Source of the DNA: an uncultured Anaerolineaceae bacterium
GTDB taxonomy: Bacteria; Chloroflexota; Anaerolineae; Anaerolineales; Anaerolineaceae
DNA length: 60,540 nucleotides
Direction: 5' to 3'
Assembly: GCA_964584065.1 (NCBI GenBank)
Contig: CAZOYK010000001.1
Span: forward strand, 1-60,540
Part shown: positions 37,936-48,258 of the stretch, in pieces
Layout of the letters: the number at the start of each line of letters is the position of its first letter
Position numbering within the stretch: position 1 is the first letter of the stretch
Translations under genes and position numbers: made by a program
The notes under the pieces: generated by a model
What the model saw: only the letters and a program-made list of their open reading frames with translations
The model's database searches: none
Told to the model about the DNA's origin: nothing

Positions 37936-39224
37936 TGATGGACAGCGACTTATCCATTTTGGTTCGCGGCATTGGCAAGCGTTATAAGATCGGCGCTGCC
38001 CAGCAGCGCACCGACACCCTGCGCGACCTGATCACCGCCCAGGCGGCACGCATTGGCAGCACTCTGCGCGGCAAACGGCATCAATCGAATGACGCGGATC
38101 ACATCTGGGCTCTGCGGGACGTCAATTTTGAGGTCAAACGCGGGCAAGCCCTGGGCATCATCGGGCGCAACGGCGCCGGCAAGAGCACCTTGCTCAAAGT
38201 GCTCTCACGCGTGACCGACCCAACCGAAGGCTATGGTGAACTGCGCGGTCGCGTTGGCTCGCTGCTGGAGGTGGGCACCGGTTTTCACCCGGAGCTGACC
38301 GGGCGAGAGAACATTTTCCTCAACGGTGCCATTCTCGGCATGCATAAAAAAGAAATCGAAGCCCGTTTCGACGAAATCGTGGCTTTTTCGGAAGTTGAAA
38401 AGTTCATCGACACGCCCGTCAAACGCTACTCATCTGGCATGTACCTGCGCCTGGCTTTCGCCGTGGCTGCCCACCTGGAGCCTGAGATTCTGGTGGTGGA
38501 TGAAGTGCTGGCTGTTGGCGATGCCGACTTCCAGCGCAAGTGCCTCGGAAAGATGGGCGATGTTGCCAATTCCGGGCGCACGGTCCTGTTCGTCAGTCAC
38601 AACATGTCGGCAATTTTGCGCCTTACCCAGGACTCGATCGTGCTCGACAAGGGCAAGGTGCTCCTGCAGGCGCCATCCTCGGAAGCGGTGGATTTCTACC
38701 TCAACCGCGGTCTTTCCAAGCTGGGCGAACGCTTCTGGGAGGAGGACGAGGTACCGGCATCCAGCGCGCCATTCCGACCGCTGGCAATCCGCATCCTTGA
38801 CAAATCCGGTCAGGTCTCAGACTCCGTGCGTAGCGTCGAACCGATCCGCATCGAGATCGATTATGAACTCACTGAGGATGTCACTGGTTTGCGCGTCGGA
38901 TATTATCTCTTCACCACCCGCGGTGAGCCCGTTTTCACCAGTTTCGATATCGACTCAGAGGAACTTTTTAAGGAATACACCGCCCGTCCAAAGGGCGTTT
39001 ACACCAGCCGCTGCACCATCCCACCTGACACGCTCAACGAAGGGCGCTTCCTGTTGGGAGTCAATGCCAGCTCTTACGGAATCCGGCGCTACTTCCAGGA
39101 TGACCAGGCGCTTTCGTTCTCCGTGGACGCTTCCGGCGCCCCGGGCACCCACTGGCCTGAGCCCCGTCCGGGTCCTGTTCGTCCCGTGCTCGGTTGGGAA
39201 ATTGAGCAGAAAGGCCGCGCGTAA
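37935..39224 (+). CDS. wzt: ABC exporter ATPase with C-terminal glycan-binding-type extension
   Basis: Walker A GRNGAGKST, signature YSSGMYLRLAFA, Walker B ILVVDEVLAVGD, plus a ~180-aa tail. TAATG overlap with wzm. Confidence 0.85.
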
Positions 39225-40888
39225 TGAAAAAGCTCCTGAAAAATCTGCTCGGAAAACTGCCTTTTGCGGCTGAAGCCTATTGGATCTACGAGGGCTCCAA
39301 AAAGCCCTGGAACGCCCATTATGAGCTTGCCGGACTGCAGGAAGTGCTGCCGCAAGCTGTGGCTGAAGTAAAACAATTTGGGCTGAAAGCTGACCCGCCA
39401 GAAAGGGTTTGTATTTTCGCCACGCTGCACTACTGGATTGAGCAGGCGGGCCTGGTGGCGCTGGCGCTTGCCGGGCAGGGGCACCAGGTGGAACTGGCTT
39501 ATTTGCCCTACGCCGAGTGGGATAAACCCATTTCCGATTTTGACCTGCGCATGCAGCATCTCTACAGCCAACAAGTTCTTTTACCAGCGGGCGACGTGAT
39601 GGGTATTGTGCCCCTGTTGGATTTCTCCTCCTATCTCAACAATTCAGATGAAAAAGTGAAGTTATCAGACTATCCTCCTGAGTTATATGAGATCGTGCGG
39701 CAGGTCTCGGACTACGACACCCAGTACACGCTGCAGGTGGAAGAAACTGACACCAAAAGCAAGCTCTACAAGCTCCGTCTGCAGCGCAACACCCAGGCAG
39801 CCATGGCGCTCCATGATTGGCTGGCGGCAACTCAACCGGACGTCTTGGTTCTGCCCAACGGTACGATTCTGGAAATGGGTGTAGCCTATCAAATCGCCCG
39901 CATGCTCGGCATCCGCACGGTCACATTTGAATTCGCCGACCAACGCGAACGCATCTGGCTGGCGCAGGACGACGAGATCATGAGCCACCATACCGATGAG
40001 CTCTGGCAGGGCCTGGGCGGGCAACCGCTCCCCGAAGCTGCGCGTAATGCAGTCGGAGACCTCACCTTTGCGCGTAAAAACGCCAAACTGTGGGGGGACT
40101 TCGCCCGCCAATGGCAGCAAACCGCTGCCCGCGGAGGCTCAGAAGTGCGCCATGCCCTGGGGCTGGACGAACGCCCCGTGGCACTGCTGGCAACCAATGT
40201 GCTTGGCGACAGCCTCACGCTCGGGCGCCAGCGCATCTCGGGCACCATGGCTGAGATGATCGTCGGCACCATTCGCTGGTTTCTGGGTCACCCGGAAGTC
40301 CAGCTGGTGATCCGCGTCCATCCCGGTGAGCTCAAAACCCACGGCACCTCGATGGTGGACGTGATTGAAAAGAACTTCCCCAGGCTGCCCGAGCACATCC
40401 ACCTGGTGCGCCCTGGCGACGAGACCAACACCTACGACCTGGTGGAGACGGCTGACTTTGGCATTGTCTACACCACCACCGTCGGCTTGGAAACGGCGAT
40501 GACCGGACTGCCCGTGGTGGTCACCGGCAAGACCCACTACGCCGAAAAAGGCTTCACGTTCGATCCCGCCAGCTGGCAGGATTACGAAAACATCCTCTCC
40601 AAGCTCGCAGCTGACCCCAACGCCATGCGCCTGAGCCAGAAACAGGTGGAACAAGCCTGGCTTTATGCTTACCTATTCTTCTTTGAGTTCTCGCTGCCCT
40701 TCCCCTGGCATTTGCTGTGGCTGCATGAGGACTTTGAAGCCCGCCCGATGCGTTTTGTGCTCTCGCCCGAAGGTCAGCGGCTCTACGCTCAGACCTTTGG
40801 CTACTTGCTGGGCGAGCCGCTGGACTGGGCAGCCCGCGGACTGGCAAGATTGCCTTCACTTTCCCAACAAGAGGAGACTCACCAATGA
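39224..40888 (+). CDS. KpsS/KpsC-like (capsule-synthesis family) HP-motif GT-B transferase, paralog 1
   Basis: VIRVHPGE ... VYTTTVGLETAMTGLPVVVTGKTHY matches the HP / STvGlEa pattern of the capsule polysaccharide biosynthesis family. Paralogous to 55579-57201. Confidence 0.6.
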   Translation: MKKLLKNLLGKLPFAAEAYWIYEGSKKPWNAHYELAGLQEVLPQAVAEVKQFGLKADPPERVCIFATLHYWIEQAGLVALALAGQGHQVELAYLPYAEWDKPISDFDLRMQHLYSQQVLLPAGDVMGIVPLLDFSSYLNNSDEKVKLSDYPPELYEIVRQVSDYDTQYTLQVEETDTKSKLYKLRLQRNTQAAMALHDWLAATQPDVLVLPNGTILEMGVAYQIARMLGIRTVTFEFADQRERIWLAQDDEIMSHHTDELWQGLGGQPLPEAARNAVGDLTFARKNAKLWGDFARQWQQTAARGGSEVRHALGLDERPVALLATNVLGDSLTLGRQRISGTMAEMIVGTIRWFLGHPEVQLVIRVHPGELKTHGTSMVDVIEKNFPRLPEHIHLVRPGDETNTYDLVETADFGIVYTTTVGLETAMTGLPVVVTGKTHYAEKGFTFDPASWQDYENILSKLAADPNAMRLSQKQVEQAWLYAYLFFFEFSLPFPWHLLWLHEDFEARPMRFVLSPEGQRLYAQTFGYLLGEPLDWAARGLARLPSLSQQEETHQ

Positions 40889-41742
40889 GTCCTGATTCCG
40901 TCAAAAAAGAAATCGGTCAGTTCTATGACCAGATCGGCTGGCAGCTGGAAGGCGACGTCTACCAAAACGCCCGCTACGAAGACCTGCGCCCGGTTTCATC
41001 CGAGTATATTCACCGCTGCCACATGCGCGTCAAACGCCATCTCGCGCCAACGGGAGACTTCCTGCTGGACGCCGGCTCAGGTCCGGTGCAATATGACGAA
41101 TACCTGACCTATTCGCAGGATTACCGCTACCGGGTCTGCATGGACCTTTCGGTCGTCGCCTTGCAGGAAGCTCGCAAGCGCCTGGGCGATAAGGGTATCT
41201 ACGTCAATGCCGATATCGCCAACCTGCCCTTTAAAGACGATACCTTTGACGGCATCGTGTCATTGCACACCATCCACCACGTGCCGATTGAGGAAAAGGT
41301 TGGCGTTTACAAAGGGCTGCATCGCACCCTCAAGCCTGGTCGCAACATGGTGACCGTGGACGGCTGGGCGGAAGTTCCGCTGGGGAAAGCGATGAACTTC
41401 TTTATGCGCATTGCCAACCGCCTGCGCCGCTGGACGGGCAAGGAGGCCCCAAAGATGCCTCCGGATGTGCAGCCAAACGGGCAAAATGGGAAAGGCGCAA
41501 AACTCCCTGCGGGCACTTATGTGCTCAAAACCAGCGCGAAATGGTTCCACAGTGTTATGAAGGATCAACTCCCCTACGAGATTCGCGTTTGGCGCAGTGT
41601 ATCGGTAAAATTCTTACGTTCAGTGATCCAACCCGAGTGGGGCGGGCGTTTCTGGCTTCAATTGCTGTATCGGCTTGAGGAATGGTTCCCACATACCTTT
41701 GGCGAAAAAGGTCAGTATCCGCTGATCATCATTAAAAAGTAA
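40885..41742 (+). CDS. Class I SAM-dependent methyltransferase
   Basis: LLDAGSGPVQY, ADIANLPFKDDTFDGIVSLHTIHH. ATGA overlap with the upstream gene. Confidence 0.8.
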   Translation: MSPDSVKKEIGQFYDQIGWQLEGDVYQNARYEDLRPVSSEYIHRCHMRVKRHLAPTGDFLLDAGSGPVQYDEYLTYSQDYRYRVCMDLSVVALQEARKRLGDKGIYVNADIANLPFKDDTFDGIVSLHTIHHVPIEEKVGVYKGLHRTLKPGRNMVTVDGWAEVPLGKAMNFFMRIANRLRRWTGKEAPKMPPDVQPNGQNGKGAKLPAGTYVLKTSAKWFHSVMKDQLPYEIRVWRSVSVKFLRSVIQPEWGGRFWLQLLYRLEEWFPHTFGEKGQYPLIIIKK

Positions 41743-41768
41743 AACGCGCCTGGCGCGAAGGAGAAATT

Positions 41769-42782
41769 ATGGATTGGCAGAATAAAGTTGTCCTGGTAAC
41801 CGGCGGCACCGGATCTTTTGGAAAGAAATTTATTCGCCTGATGCTGAACGAATATCATCCCTCAAAAATCATCGTTTTCAGCCGGGATGAGTTAAAACAG
41901 CACGAAATGCGCACCACCGGCGGCTTCGACCACCCGTCAATCCGCTATTTTATTGGCGATGTGCGTGACCGCGAGCGGCTTTCGCGCGCCTTTTACGGCG
42001 TGGACATTGTGGTGCACACCGCCGCGCTAAAGCAGGTGCCTGCCTGCGAGTACAACCCTATGGAAGCCATCAAGACCAACATTCTCGGTTCCAGCAACGT
42101 GATTGAGGCGGCAATTGAGAACAATGTCAGCAAGGTGATGGCGCTTTCCACCGACAAAGCCGTCAATCCGGTCAACCTTTACGGCGCCACCAAGCTTGCC
42201 GCCGAGAAGTTGATGGTCCAGAGCAACGCCTACGCCGGCGGACGCAACACGCGCATCTCCTGCACGCGCTACGGCAACGTGGTAGGCTCGCGAGGATCGG
42301 TCGTGCCCCTGTTCCTCAAACAGCGCCCAACGGGCGTTTTGACCATCACAGATGACCGCATGACCCGCTTCTGGATCTCGCTGGAGCAGGGCGCGCGCTT
42401 TGTGATCCGCTGTATCGAACAGATGCAGGGCGGTGAACTCTTTGTGCCGAAGATCCCCAGCATGAAAATGACGGATCTTGCCAGGGCGATAGCCCCGGAA
42501 GCGGAAATCCGCATCATTGGCATCCGCCCGGGTGAGAAATTGCACGAATCGCTGATCTCCGAAGATGAAGCCCGCACCACGGTGGAGTTGGATGACATGT
42601 ACGTGGTCCAGCCAGCTGGCGAACCGCTCTGGTTTGGTCACGCCTGGACCGAAAAAGGGCGTGCCCTTCCCGAAGGTTTCACCTACACCAGCGCCAACAA
42701 CACCGAGTGGTTGGATGTGGATGGCATCAACGCCATTATCAAACCGATCGAAGCAGAACTGACCGGGGAAGTGAAGAAATAA
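41769..42782 (+). CDS. UDP-GlcNAc 4,6-dehydratase, PseB/FlaA1 type
   Basis: VLVTGGTGSFGKKF, FSRDELKQHEM, HTAALKQVPACEYNPMEAIKTNILGS, LSTDKAVNPVNLYGATK. Near-collinear with the PseB sequences I recall. Confidence 0.85.
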   Translation: MDWQNKVVLVTGGTGSFGKKFIRLMLNEYHPSKIIVFSRDELKQHEMRTTGGFDHPSIRYFIGDVRDRERLSRAFYGVDIVVHTAALKQVPACEYNPMEAIKTNILGSSNVIEAAIENNVSKVMALSTDKAVNPVNLYGATKLAAEKLMVQSNAYAGGRNTRISCTRYGNVVGSRGSVVPLFLKQRPTGVLTITDDRMTRFWISLEQGARFVIRCIEQMQGGELFVPKIPSMKMTDLARAIAPEAEIRIIGIRPGEKLHESLISEDEARTTVELDDMYVVQPAGEPLWFGHAWTEKGRALPEGFTYTSANNTEWLDVDGINAIIKPIEAELTGEVKK

Positions 42783-43702
42783 TGACCGGCCTGCTTGTCA
42801 CCGGCGCCAGCGGAATGCTGGGCGCAAACCTTGCTCTCCTTGCCCTGAAAAGGGGCTATGAGGTTCTAGGCTGGACGAACTCCCGCCTCCTGGTTGACGC
42901 GCCTTTTACCACCCACGCTGTTGACTTCAGCAACCCTCAAGACCTGGCGCAGGCCTTCGAAGCCGCCCAACCGGACGCGCTGATCAACTGTGCCGCGCAG
43001 GCAAACGTGGACGCGGCTGAAAAGCATCCCGAGCACGCGTTTCGCGTCAACTCTGAAGCTGCCGGAGAACTGGCGCTGATGGCCCGGAGTGCCAACGTAC
43101 CGATGATCCAACTTTCCACTGACGCCGTGTTTGATGGAACCAAGGGAAATTACACCGAAACCGACGCCCCCAACCCGCAGAACACTTATGCCAAAAGCAA
43201 GCTGGCTGGCGAACAAGCCGTGGCGGAAGCAAACCCCGAGGCTGCCATTGCCCGCGTAGTTTTCCACGGCTGGTCTCTGACCGGCACGCGCAGCCTGGCT
43301 GAATTTTTCTACAACAACCTTACAGCGGGCAAGCCGGTGACCGGCTTTACCGATATGTTTTTCTCGCCGCTCTACGCCGGGCACCTGGCGGAAGCACTTT
43401 TGGAAATGCTCGAAAAACGCCTGAGCGGCATCTATCACGTCTATTCGCCCGAAAGCCTGAGCAAGTATGATTTTGGCGTGCGCCTGGCGCACGAACTCGG
43501 ATTGGACGAAAACTTGATCAACCCAATTTCCGCCCTCAACTCCGACCTGCTCACCCGCCGTTCGCTCAACCTGAGCATGAACACCAACAAACTCCAGGCT
43601 GCCCTTGGCAAACCCTTACCCAACCAGGCCGAAGGCTTACGCGCCTTGCACGCCGACCTCGATTCTGGTCTGCGCCAAAAATTGCTTTCACTCAACTACT
43701 AA
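42782..43702 (+). CDS. RmlD-substrate-binding-domain NAD(P)H sugar reductase (dTDP-4-dehydrorhamnose-reductase-like)
   Basis: LLVTGASGMLG, YAKSKLAGE. TAATG overlap with the dehydratase. Start trimmed from ORF-track 42707. Confidence 0.75.
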   Translation: MTGLLVTGASGMLGANLALLALKRGYEVLGWTNSRLLVDAPFTTHAVDFSNPQDLAQAFEAAQPDALINCAAQANVDAAEKHPEHAFRVNSEAAGELALMARSANVPMIQLSTDAVFDGTKGNYTETDAPNPQNTYAKSKLAGEQAVAEANPEAAIARVVFHGWSLTGTRSLAEFFYNNLTAGKPVTGFTDMFFSPLYAGHLAEALLEMLEKRLSGIYHVYSPESLSKYDFGVRLAHELGLDENLINPISALNSDLLTRRSLNLSMNTNKLQAALGKPLPNQAEGLRALHADLDSGLRQKLLSLNY

Positions 43703-43713
43703 TCGGAGGACAA

Positions 43714-44778
43714 ATGGAACTCAAAATTGGTAACACCCTGATTGGAGACAATCACCCCACCTGGTTCATCGCCGACATCGCCGCCAATCACGACGGCAGC
43801 CTTGAGCGCGCTCTGCACCTCATTCATCTCGCTGCCGAATCCGGCGCGGATGCCGCCAAGTTCCAGAACTTCCGCGGGCCTGAAATCGTCTCGGATTATG
43901 GCTTCAGCCATATGAACGCGCAGGTCTCGCACCAGGCAAAATGGAAAAAATCTGTCACCCAGGTCTATGACGAAGCCTCGGTGCCTTTCGACTGGACCCC
44001 GATCCTCAAAGAAGAATGCGACAAAGTAGGCATCACTTACTTTTCATCCCCCTACGACTTTGACGCCGTCGACATGCTTGACCCCTTTGTGCCGGCTTAC
44101 AAAATTGGCTCAGGTGACATCACCTGGATTGAAGCCTGTTTGCACATGGCGCACAAGGGCAAACCCGTCCTGCTCGCCACGGGTGCCTCCACCATTGGCG
44201 ACGTGCAGCGGGCGGTTGACGCTATCCTGGCGGTTAACCCACAGCTGGTGCTGATGCAGTGCAACACCAACTACACTGCCGCTGATGGCAACTTCGACAA
44301 CATCCACCTCAACGTCCTCAAGGTTTACCGCCAGATGTGGCCGGACCTCATCCTGGGGCTCAGCGACCATACCCACGGGCATGCAACCGTTCTCGGAGCC
44401 GTGGCTCTTGGCGCGCGCGTGGTTGAGAAACACTTCACCGATGACAACCACCGCGAAGGTCCCGACCATGCCTTTGCCATGAACCCGACCAGTTGGGCCG
44501 AGATGGTTAATGCCACCCGCCAACTGGAACGCGCCATGGGCTCGGCCAACAAGACCATTGCGGAAAACGAGCATGATACGGTCGTGGTGCAGCGCCGCTG
44601 CCTGCGTGCCGCGCAGGATATCAAAGCTGGCCAGACGCTGACGCGTGAGATGATCGACGTTTTACGCCCTGCCACACCCGGCGCGATTATGCCTTATGAT
44701 ATCGAACTGGTTGTGGGGCACATCGCCCGCCAGGACATCCCCTCCGGGCAGGAACTGCGCTGGACGCAGCTTGGATAG
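43714..44778 (+). CDS. NeuB-family nonulosonic acid synthase with C-terminal SAF domain (PseI/LegI/NeuB-like)
   Basis: FIADIAANHDG, AAKFQ, and a SAF tail VLRPATPGAIMPYDIELVVGHIARQDIPSGQELRWTQL. GGAGG RBS. Confidence 0.85.
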   Translation: MELKIGNTLIGDNHPTWFIADIAANHDGSLERALHLIHLAAESGADAAKFQNFRGPEIVSDYGFSHMNAQVSHQAKWKKSVTQVYDEASVPFDWTPILKEECDKVGITYFSSPYDFDAVDMLDPFVPAYKIGSGDITWIEACLHMAHKGKPVLLATGASTIGDVQRAVDAILAVNPQLVLMQCNTNYTAADGNFDNIHLNVLKVYRQMWPDLILGLSDHTHGHATVLGAVALGARVVEKHFTDDNHREGPDHAFAMNPTSWAEMVNATRQLERAMGSANKTIAENEHDTVVVQRRCLRAAQDIKAGQTLTREMIDVLRPATPGAIMPYDIELVVGHIARQDIPSGQELRWTQLG

Positions 44779-44784
44779 GATCTG

Positions 44785-45900
44785 ATGCGCATTTTGTACT
44801 TCACGCGTGCCGATTCTGTGCACGATCAACGGTTTTTGACAGCCCTGGCTGAAAGCGGGCATGAGGGTTTCGTGCTGCGCCTCAACCCCGGGGAATACCC
44901 CACGCCCAGCGGTATTACAGCCCTTGAGTGGAGCGGCACCAAAAACCAGCTGACTGAAAACGACATTCCCCGCCTCACCAAGGAGCTTGGCGACGTGCTC
45001 AAGGCGGTTCAACCCGACCTGGTGCATGCCGGACCCTTGCAGGACCTGGCGTTCCTGGTCGCAAGAACCGGCTTCACACCGCTGTTGAGCATGAGTTGGG
45101 GTTTTGACCTGATGCACGACGTGCTGGTGAGTCCGGATTTTGCCGAAAAAGCACGCTTCGCCCTCGGGCATTCCGTGCGCCTGATCACAGATGCCCACTG
45201 CTCCGCCGCACAGGCAGTACACCTAGGCTTTGACTCCGAGAAAATTTGCCTCTTCCCCTGGGGGGTTGACCTGGCTCACTTCACGCCGGCTGCTGCCCGC
45301 GTCCGCGGCACGGTCTGGCGCGAACGGCATGGCTGGGGCGACAAACGCGTGCTGCTTTGCCTGCGCAGTTGGGAACCCAACTACGGCGTGGATGTCTTGC
45401 TCAGAGCCTTCGTTGAAGCAGCCCAAAAGGATGACAGCTTGCGCCTGATCCTGCTCGGAGACGGCAGCCAGCGTGAAGAATTGCTCTCCATCCTGGAAGA
45501 AGGAGAGGTGACCGACAAGGTCTTGCTGGGCGGTCGCGTACCCAACCAGGACCTGATCACGTTCTATGGAGCGGCTGACATCTACGTCACACCGAGCCAT
45601 GTGGATGGCTCTTCAGTCTCCCTGATGGAAGCCATGGCTTGTGGTCTGCCTTCCATCGCATCTAATATCCCTGCCAACGTCGAGTGGATTGCTGAAGGAC
45701 AAACCGGCTGGTTGTTCCCCGATGGAGATCATCACGCCCTGGCGGAGTTGCTCCTTCAAACCCCCTCGTTCAATTTAAGCTCAGTCGGAAAGCGTGCGCG
45801 CAAGCTTGCCGAAAAGCGCGCTGACTGGCGGCGAAATAAACAATTGCTGTTCCGCTGTTGGGAACAAGCCCTGAGCTCTTCAAAAGGAGGATCTCAATGA
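44785..45900 (+). CDS. GT4-family (GT-B) glycosyltransferase
   Basis: C-terminal VSLMEAMACGLPSIASNIPANVEWIAEGQTGWLF (E-x7-E region). Confidence 0.8.
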   Translation: MRILYFTRADSVHDQRFLTALAESGHEGFVLRLNPGEYPTPSGITALEWSGTKNQLTENDIPRLTKELGDVLKAVQPDLVHAGPLQDLAFLVARTGFTPLLSMSWGFDLMHDVLVSPDFAEKARFALGHSVRLITDAHCSAAQAVHLGFDSEKICLFPWGVDLAHFTPAAARVRGTVWRERHGWGDKRVLLCLRSWEPNYGVDVLLRAFVEAAQKDDSLRLILLGDGSQREELLSILEEGEVTDKVLLGGRVPNQDLITFYGAADIYVTPSHVDGSSVSLMEAMACGLPSIASNIPANVEWIAEGQTGWLFPDGDHHALAELLLQTPSFNLSSVGKRARKLAEKRADWRRNKQLLFRCWEQALSSSKGGSQ

Positions 45901-46538
45901 AAACCAGAATCCCACTAATTCTCCTGGTCCTGACAATTCTGACCATGGCTTGCAGTCTGCCTTCCTTAGGCAAAAAAGACACCCCCATTCCCCCAACGCC
46001 CACCCCCGAGTCTAATATGCAACTCTACTACGGCACCGGCATGCAGATCATGTTGCCAAATTCTTATGTCGCTGAAGATATCGACAGTGCTTTGCCGACG
46101 ATCATTGCCACCATCAAAGATTTTGTGGGAGGTGAATCCGGACCACTTTCAGGTCTGGTAGACAGCATCGAAGGCAATATCGGATGGTATGGCTACGATG
46201 GCGATAACGCCGCAATCTATCCCACCCGCTTGATCATCCTGCGCAACAAGACTTTTTCCAAGTTGCCAGTCAGCATGATCACCCTGGGGCTTGAGCAAGT
46301 CCTTGGTGGCGATTCTGCCCTGGTGGACAGCGACTCGATCAGACTTGGAGGTCGTGAGATAACCCGAATGAGCTATTCCAAGGATTCGTCTGCCTGGGTA
46401 GCTTACCTGTTCAAGGAAGCTGATTACCTTTGGATAACACTGTATATCACCACACCAGCCAATCTTGCTGCCGAAATGGACGACTATGAGCTCAGCGTAG
46501 GGTCCATCCAGATCGACGCCGTCCAGCCGACACCCTGA
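45897..46538 (+). CDS. Hypothetical secreted protein or lipoprotein
   Basis: AAGGAGG RBS and ATGA overlap. MKTRIPLILLVLTILTMAC signal with a possible lipobox Cys. Confidence 0.55.
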   Translation: MKTRIPLILLVLTILTMACSLPSLGKKDTPIPPTPTPESNMQLYYGTGMQIMLPNSYVAEDIDSALPTIIATIKDFVGGESGPLSGLVDSIEGNIGWYGYDGDNAAIYPTRLIILRNKTFSKLPVSMITLGLEQVLGGDSALVDSDSIRLGGREITRMSYSKDSSAWVAYLFKEADYLWITLYITTPANLAAEMDDYELSVGSIQIDAVQPTP

Positions 46539-46547
46539 CGGAGAATC

Positions 46548-47369
46548 GTGAGCGAACCGAAGACTGTTGCGATCATCCAAGCCCGCATGAGCTCCTCGCG
46601 CCTGCCAGGCAAAGTGCTGCGCATGGTTGGCAGCCAGCCAATGCTGGCTCGCGTTCTGGCTCGCGCCAGCCGCGCAAAGCTGGTGGATGCGATAATGGTG
46701 GCAACCACCACGGATCCCAGCGATGAACCGATCGCCGAATTCTGCGAAAGGGCAGGGATTGCCTGCTTCAGGGGCGATCTCTACGACGTGCTCGACCGCT
46801 ATTACCAGGCTGCAAAGCTTTCAGGCGCGAGCGTGGTGGTGAGGCTGACCGCGGATTGCCCGTTCATCGACCCGGAAGAGATCGATCGGACGATCGCGTA
46901 TTTCCACCTGACCTGCGCCGACTTCACCGCAAATCGCCTGCCACCGCCTTTCAGACGCACAACCGCCGTCGGCATGGATACCGAGGTGGTTTCGTTTGCC
47001 GCGCTTGAACGCGCCTGGAACGAAGCTGCAGAACCTTTTGAACGTGAACACGTCATGCCTTATCTGTACGACATGCCCGGTCGCTTCAAAATCAGCGTCG
47101 CCGATTGGGAGAAAGACCTCAGCCACTTGCGCTTCACGGTCGATACTCCCGCAGATCTAGAGGTTGCCAACCAGGTGTATTCTGAATTCAATGACCGTGA
47201 CGATTTCACCCTGCAGGAACTGCTGGATGCCAACGCGCGCCACGCTGAATGGCAAATGCAGGTGGCAGGCGTGAAGCACAAGGACCTTTTTGAAGTTGAC
47301 GAACGTGCGATCAAGCTGGACCAGGGGCAAACAGAAGAAAGAAATGAGCCTCCACATGACGGTGAATAA
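46548..47369 (+). CDS. SpsF/PseF-type cytidylyltransferase (CMP-nonulosonate synthetase candidate 1)
   Basis: VAIIQARMSSSRLPGKVL N-terminus. GTG start with GGAG RBS. 273 aa. Confidence 0.75.
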   Translation: MSEPKTVAIIQARMSSSRLPGKVLRMVGSQPMLARVLARASRAKLVDAIMVATTTDPSDEPIAEFCERAGIACFRGDLYDVLDRYYQAAKLSGASVVVRLTADCPFIDPEEIDRTIAYFHLTCADFTANRLPPPFRRTTAVGMDTEVVSFAALERAWNEAAEPFEREHVMPYLYDMPGRFKISVADWEKDLSHLRFTVDTPADLEVANQVYSEFNDRDDFTLQELLDANARHAEWQMQVAGVKHKDLFEVDERAIKLDQGQTEERNEPPHDGE

Positions 47370-48258
47370 TCCTGTGCCCGATCTCCACTGCCCGCTTTGC
47401 GGTGAATCAAAAGCCAAAGTCATTTTCGAGATGGACTCCTTTGGCTTCAAGGTCAGATACTATCTTTGCCAGACTTGTGGATTTGTTTTCCAAAACCCTG
47501 GCGAGAGTGCGGCTGCAGACCCTGCTTTTTACGCAGAGACCTACCGCAAGCTGTACCAGGCAACCGAAGAGCCCACCGCCAAAGACCTGCGCCAGCAGCG
47601 CCTGCGCGCGGAATACCAGCTCAATCTGATGCAGAATCACGGCGTCTGCCGCTTGTCGCGCGCGTTGGATATCGGCGCGTCTTCCGGTACCTTAATGCAA
47701 ACCATCCACGAGGCTTATGGTGGCGAGATGATCGGCGTGGAACCGGGCAATGCCTACCGCAAGCTGGCAGAAGCGAAGGGTTTCAAACTCTATCCTTCCC
47801 TTGAGGAACTGCAAGCCAATGAAACTGCCGGGTTCGACCTGGTCACCATGATGCATGTGCTCGAGCATCTTGAGGACCCTTTAGGCACACTGAGAGAGAT
47901 TAAAACCCAATTGTTGGAAGATCACGGTTTTTTGCTGGTGGAGGTACCCAACTTTTACGCGCACGAGTCCTACGAACTGGCACATTTGAGCTGCTTTACC
48001 GAACATACCCTGAGCGAAATGCTTAAGCAGGCAGGCTACAAGATCATGTACCTTCGCAAACACGGCTATCCGCGTTCGGAAACGCTTGACCTTTACCTGA
48101 CCGTCCTCGCACGTCCTGAAACCGAACCAGTGGAGCCTTCAGCGATTATCCCTGAACGGAGCGTCGCCCTAAAACGCAGCCTGGGCATGCTTAAGCGGAA
48201 TTTGCTGACCAAACTCATGCCGCGCAAAACCTGGCTGCCCCTGGAGGATGAAGCCTGA
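47344..48258 (+). CDS. Class I SAM-dependent methyltransferase with N-terminal Cys4 ribbon
   Basis: CPLCG..CQTCG, then LDIGASSGTL and DLVTMMHVLEHLEDP. The start (47344 or 47356) overlaps the spsF-like stop. Confidence 0.75.
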   Translation: MSLHMTVNNPVPDLHCPLCGESKAKVIFEMDSFGFKVRYYLCQTCGFVFQNPGESAAADPAFYAETYRKLYQATEEPTAKDLRQQRLRAEYQLNLMQNHGVCRLSRALDIGASSGTLMQTIHEAYGGEMIGVEPGNAYRKLAEAKGFKLYPSLEELQANETAGFDLVTMMHVLEHLEDPLGTLREIKTQLLEDHGFLLVEVPNFYAHESYELAHLSCFTEHTLSEMLKQAGYKIMYLRKHGYPRSETLDLYLTVLARPETEPVEPSAIIPERSVALKRSLGMLKRNLLTKLMPRKTWLPLEDEA

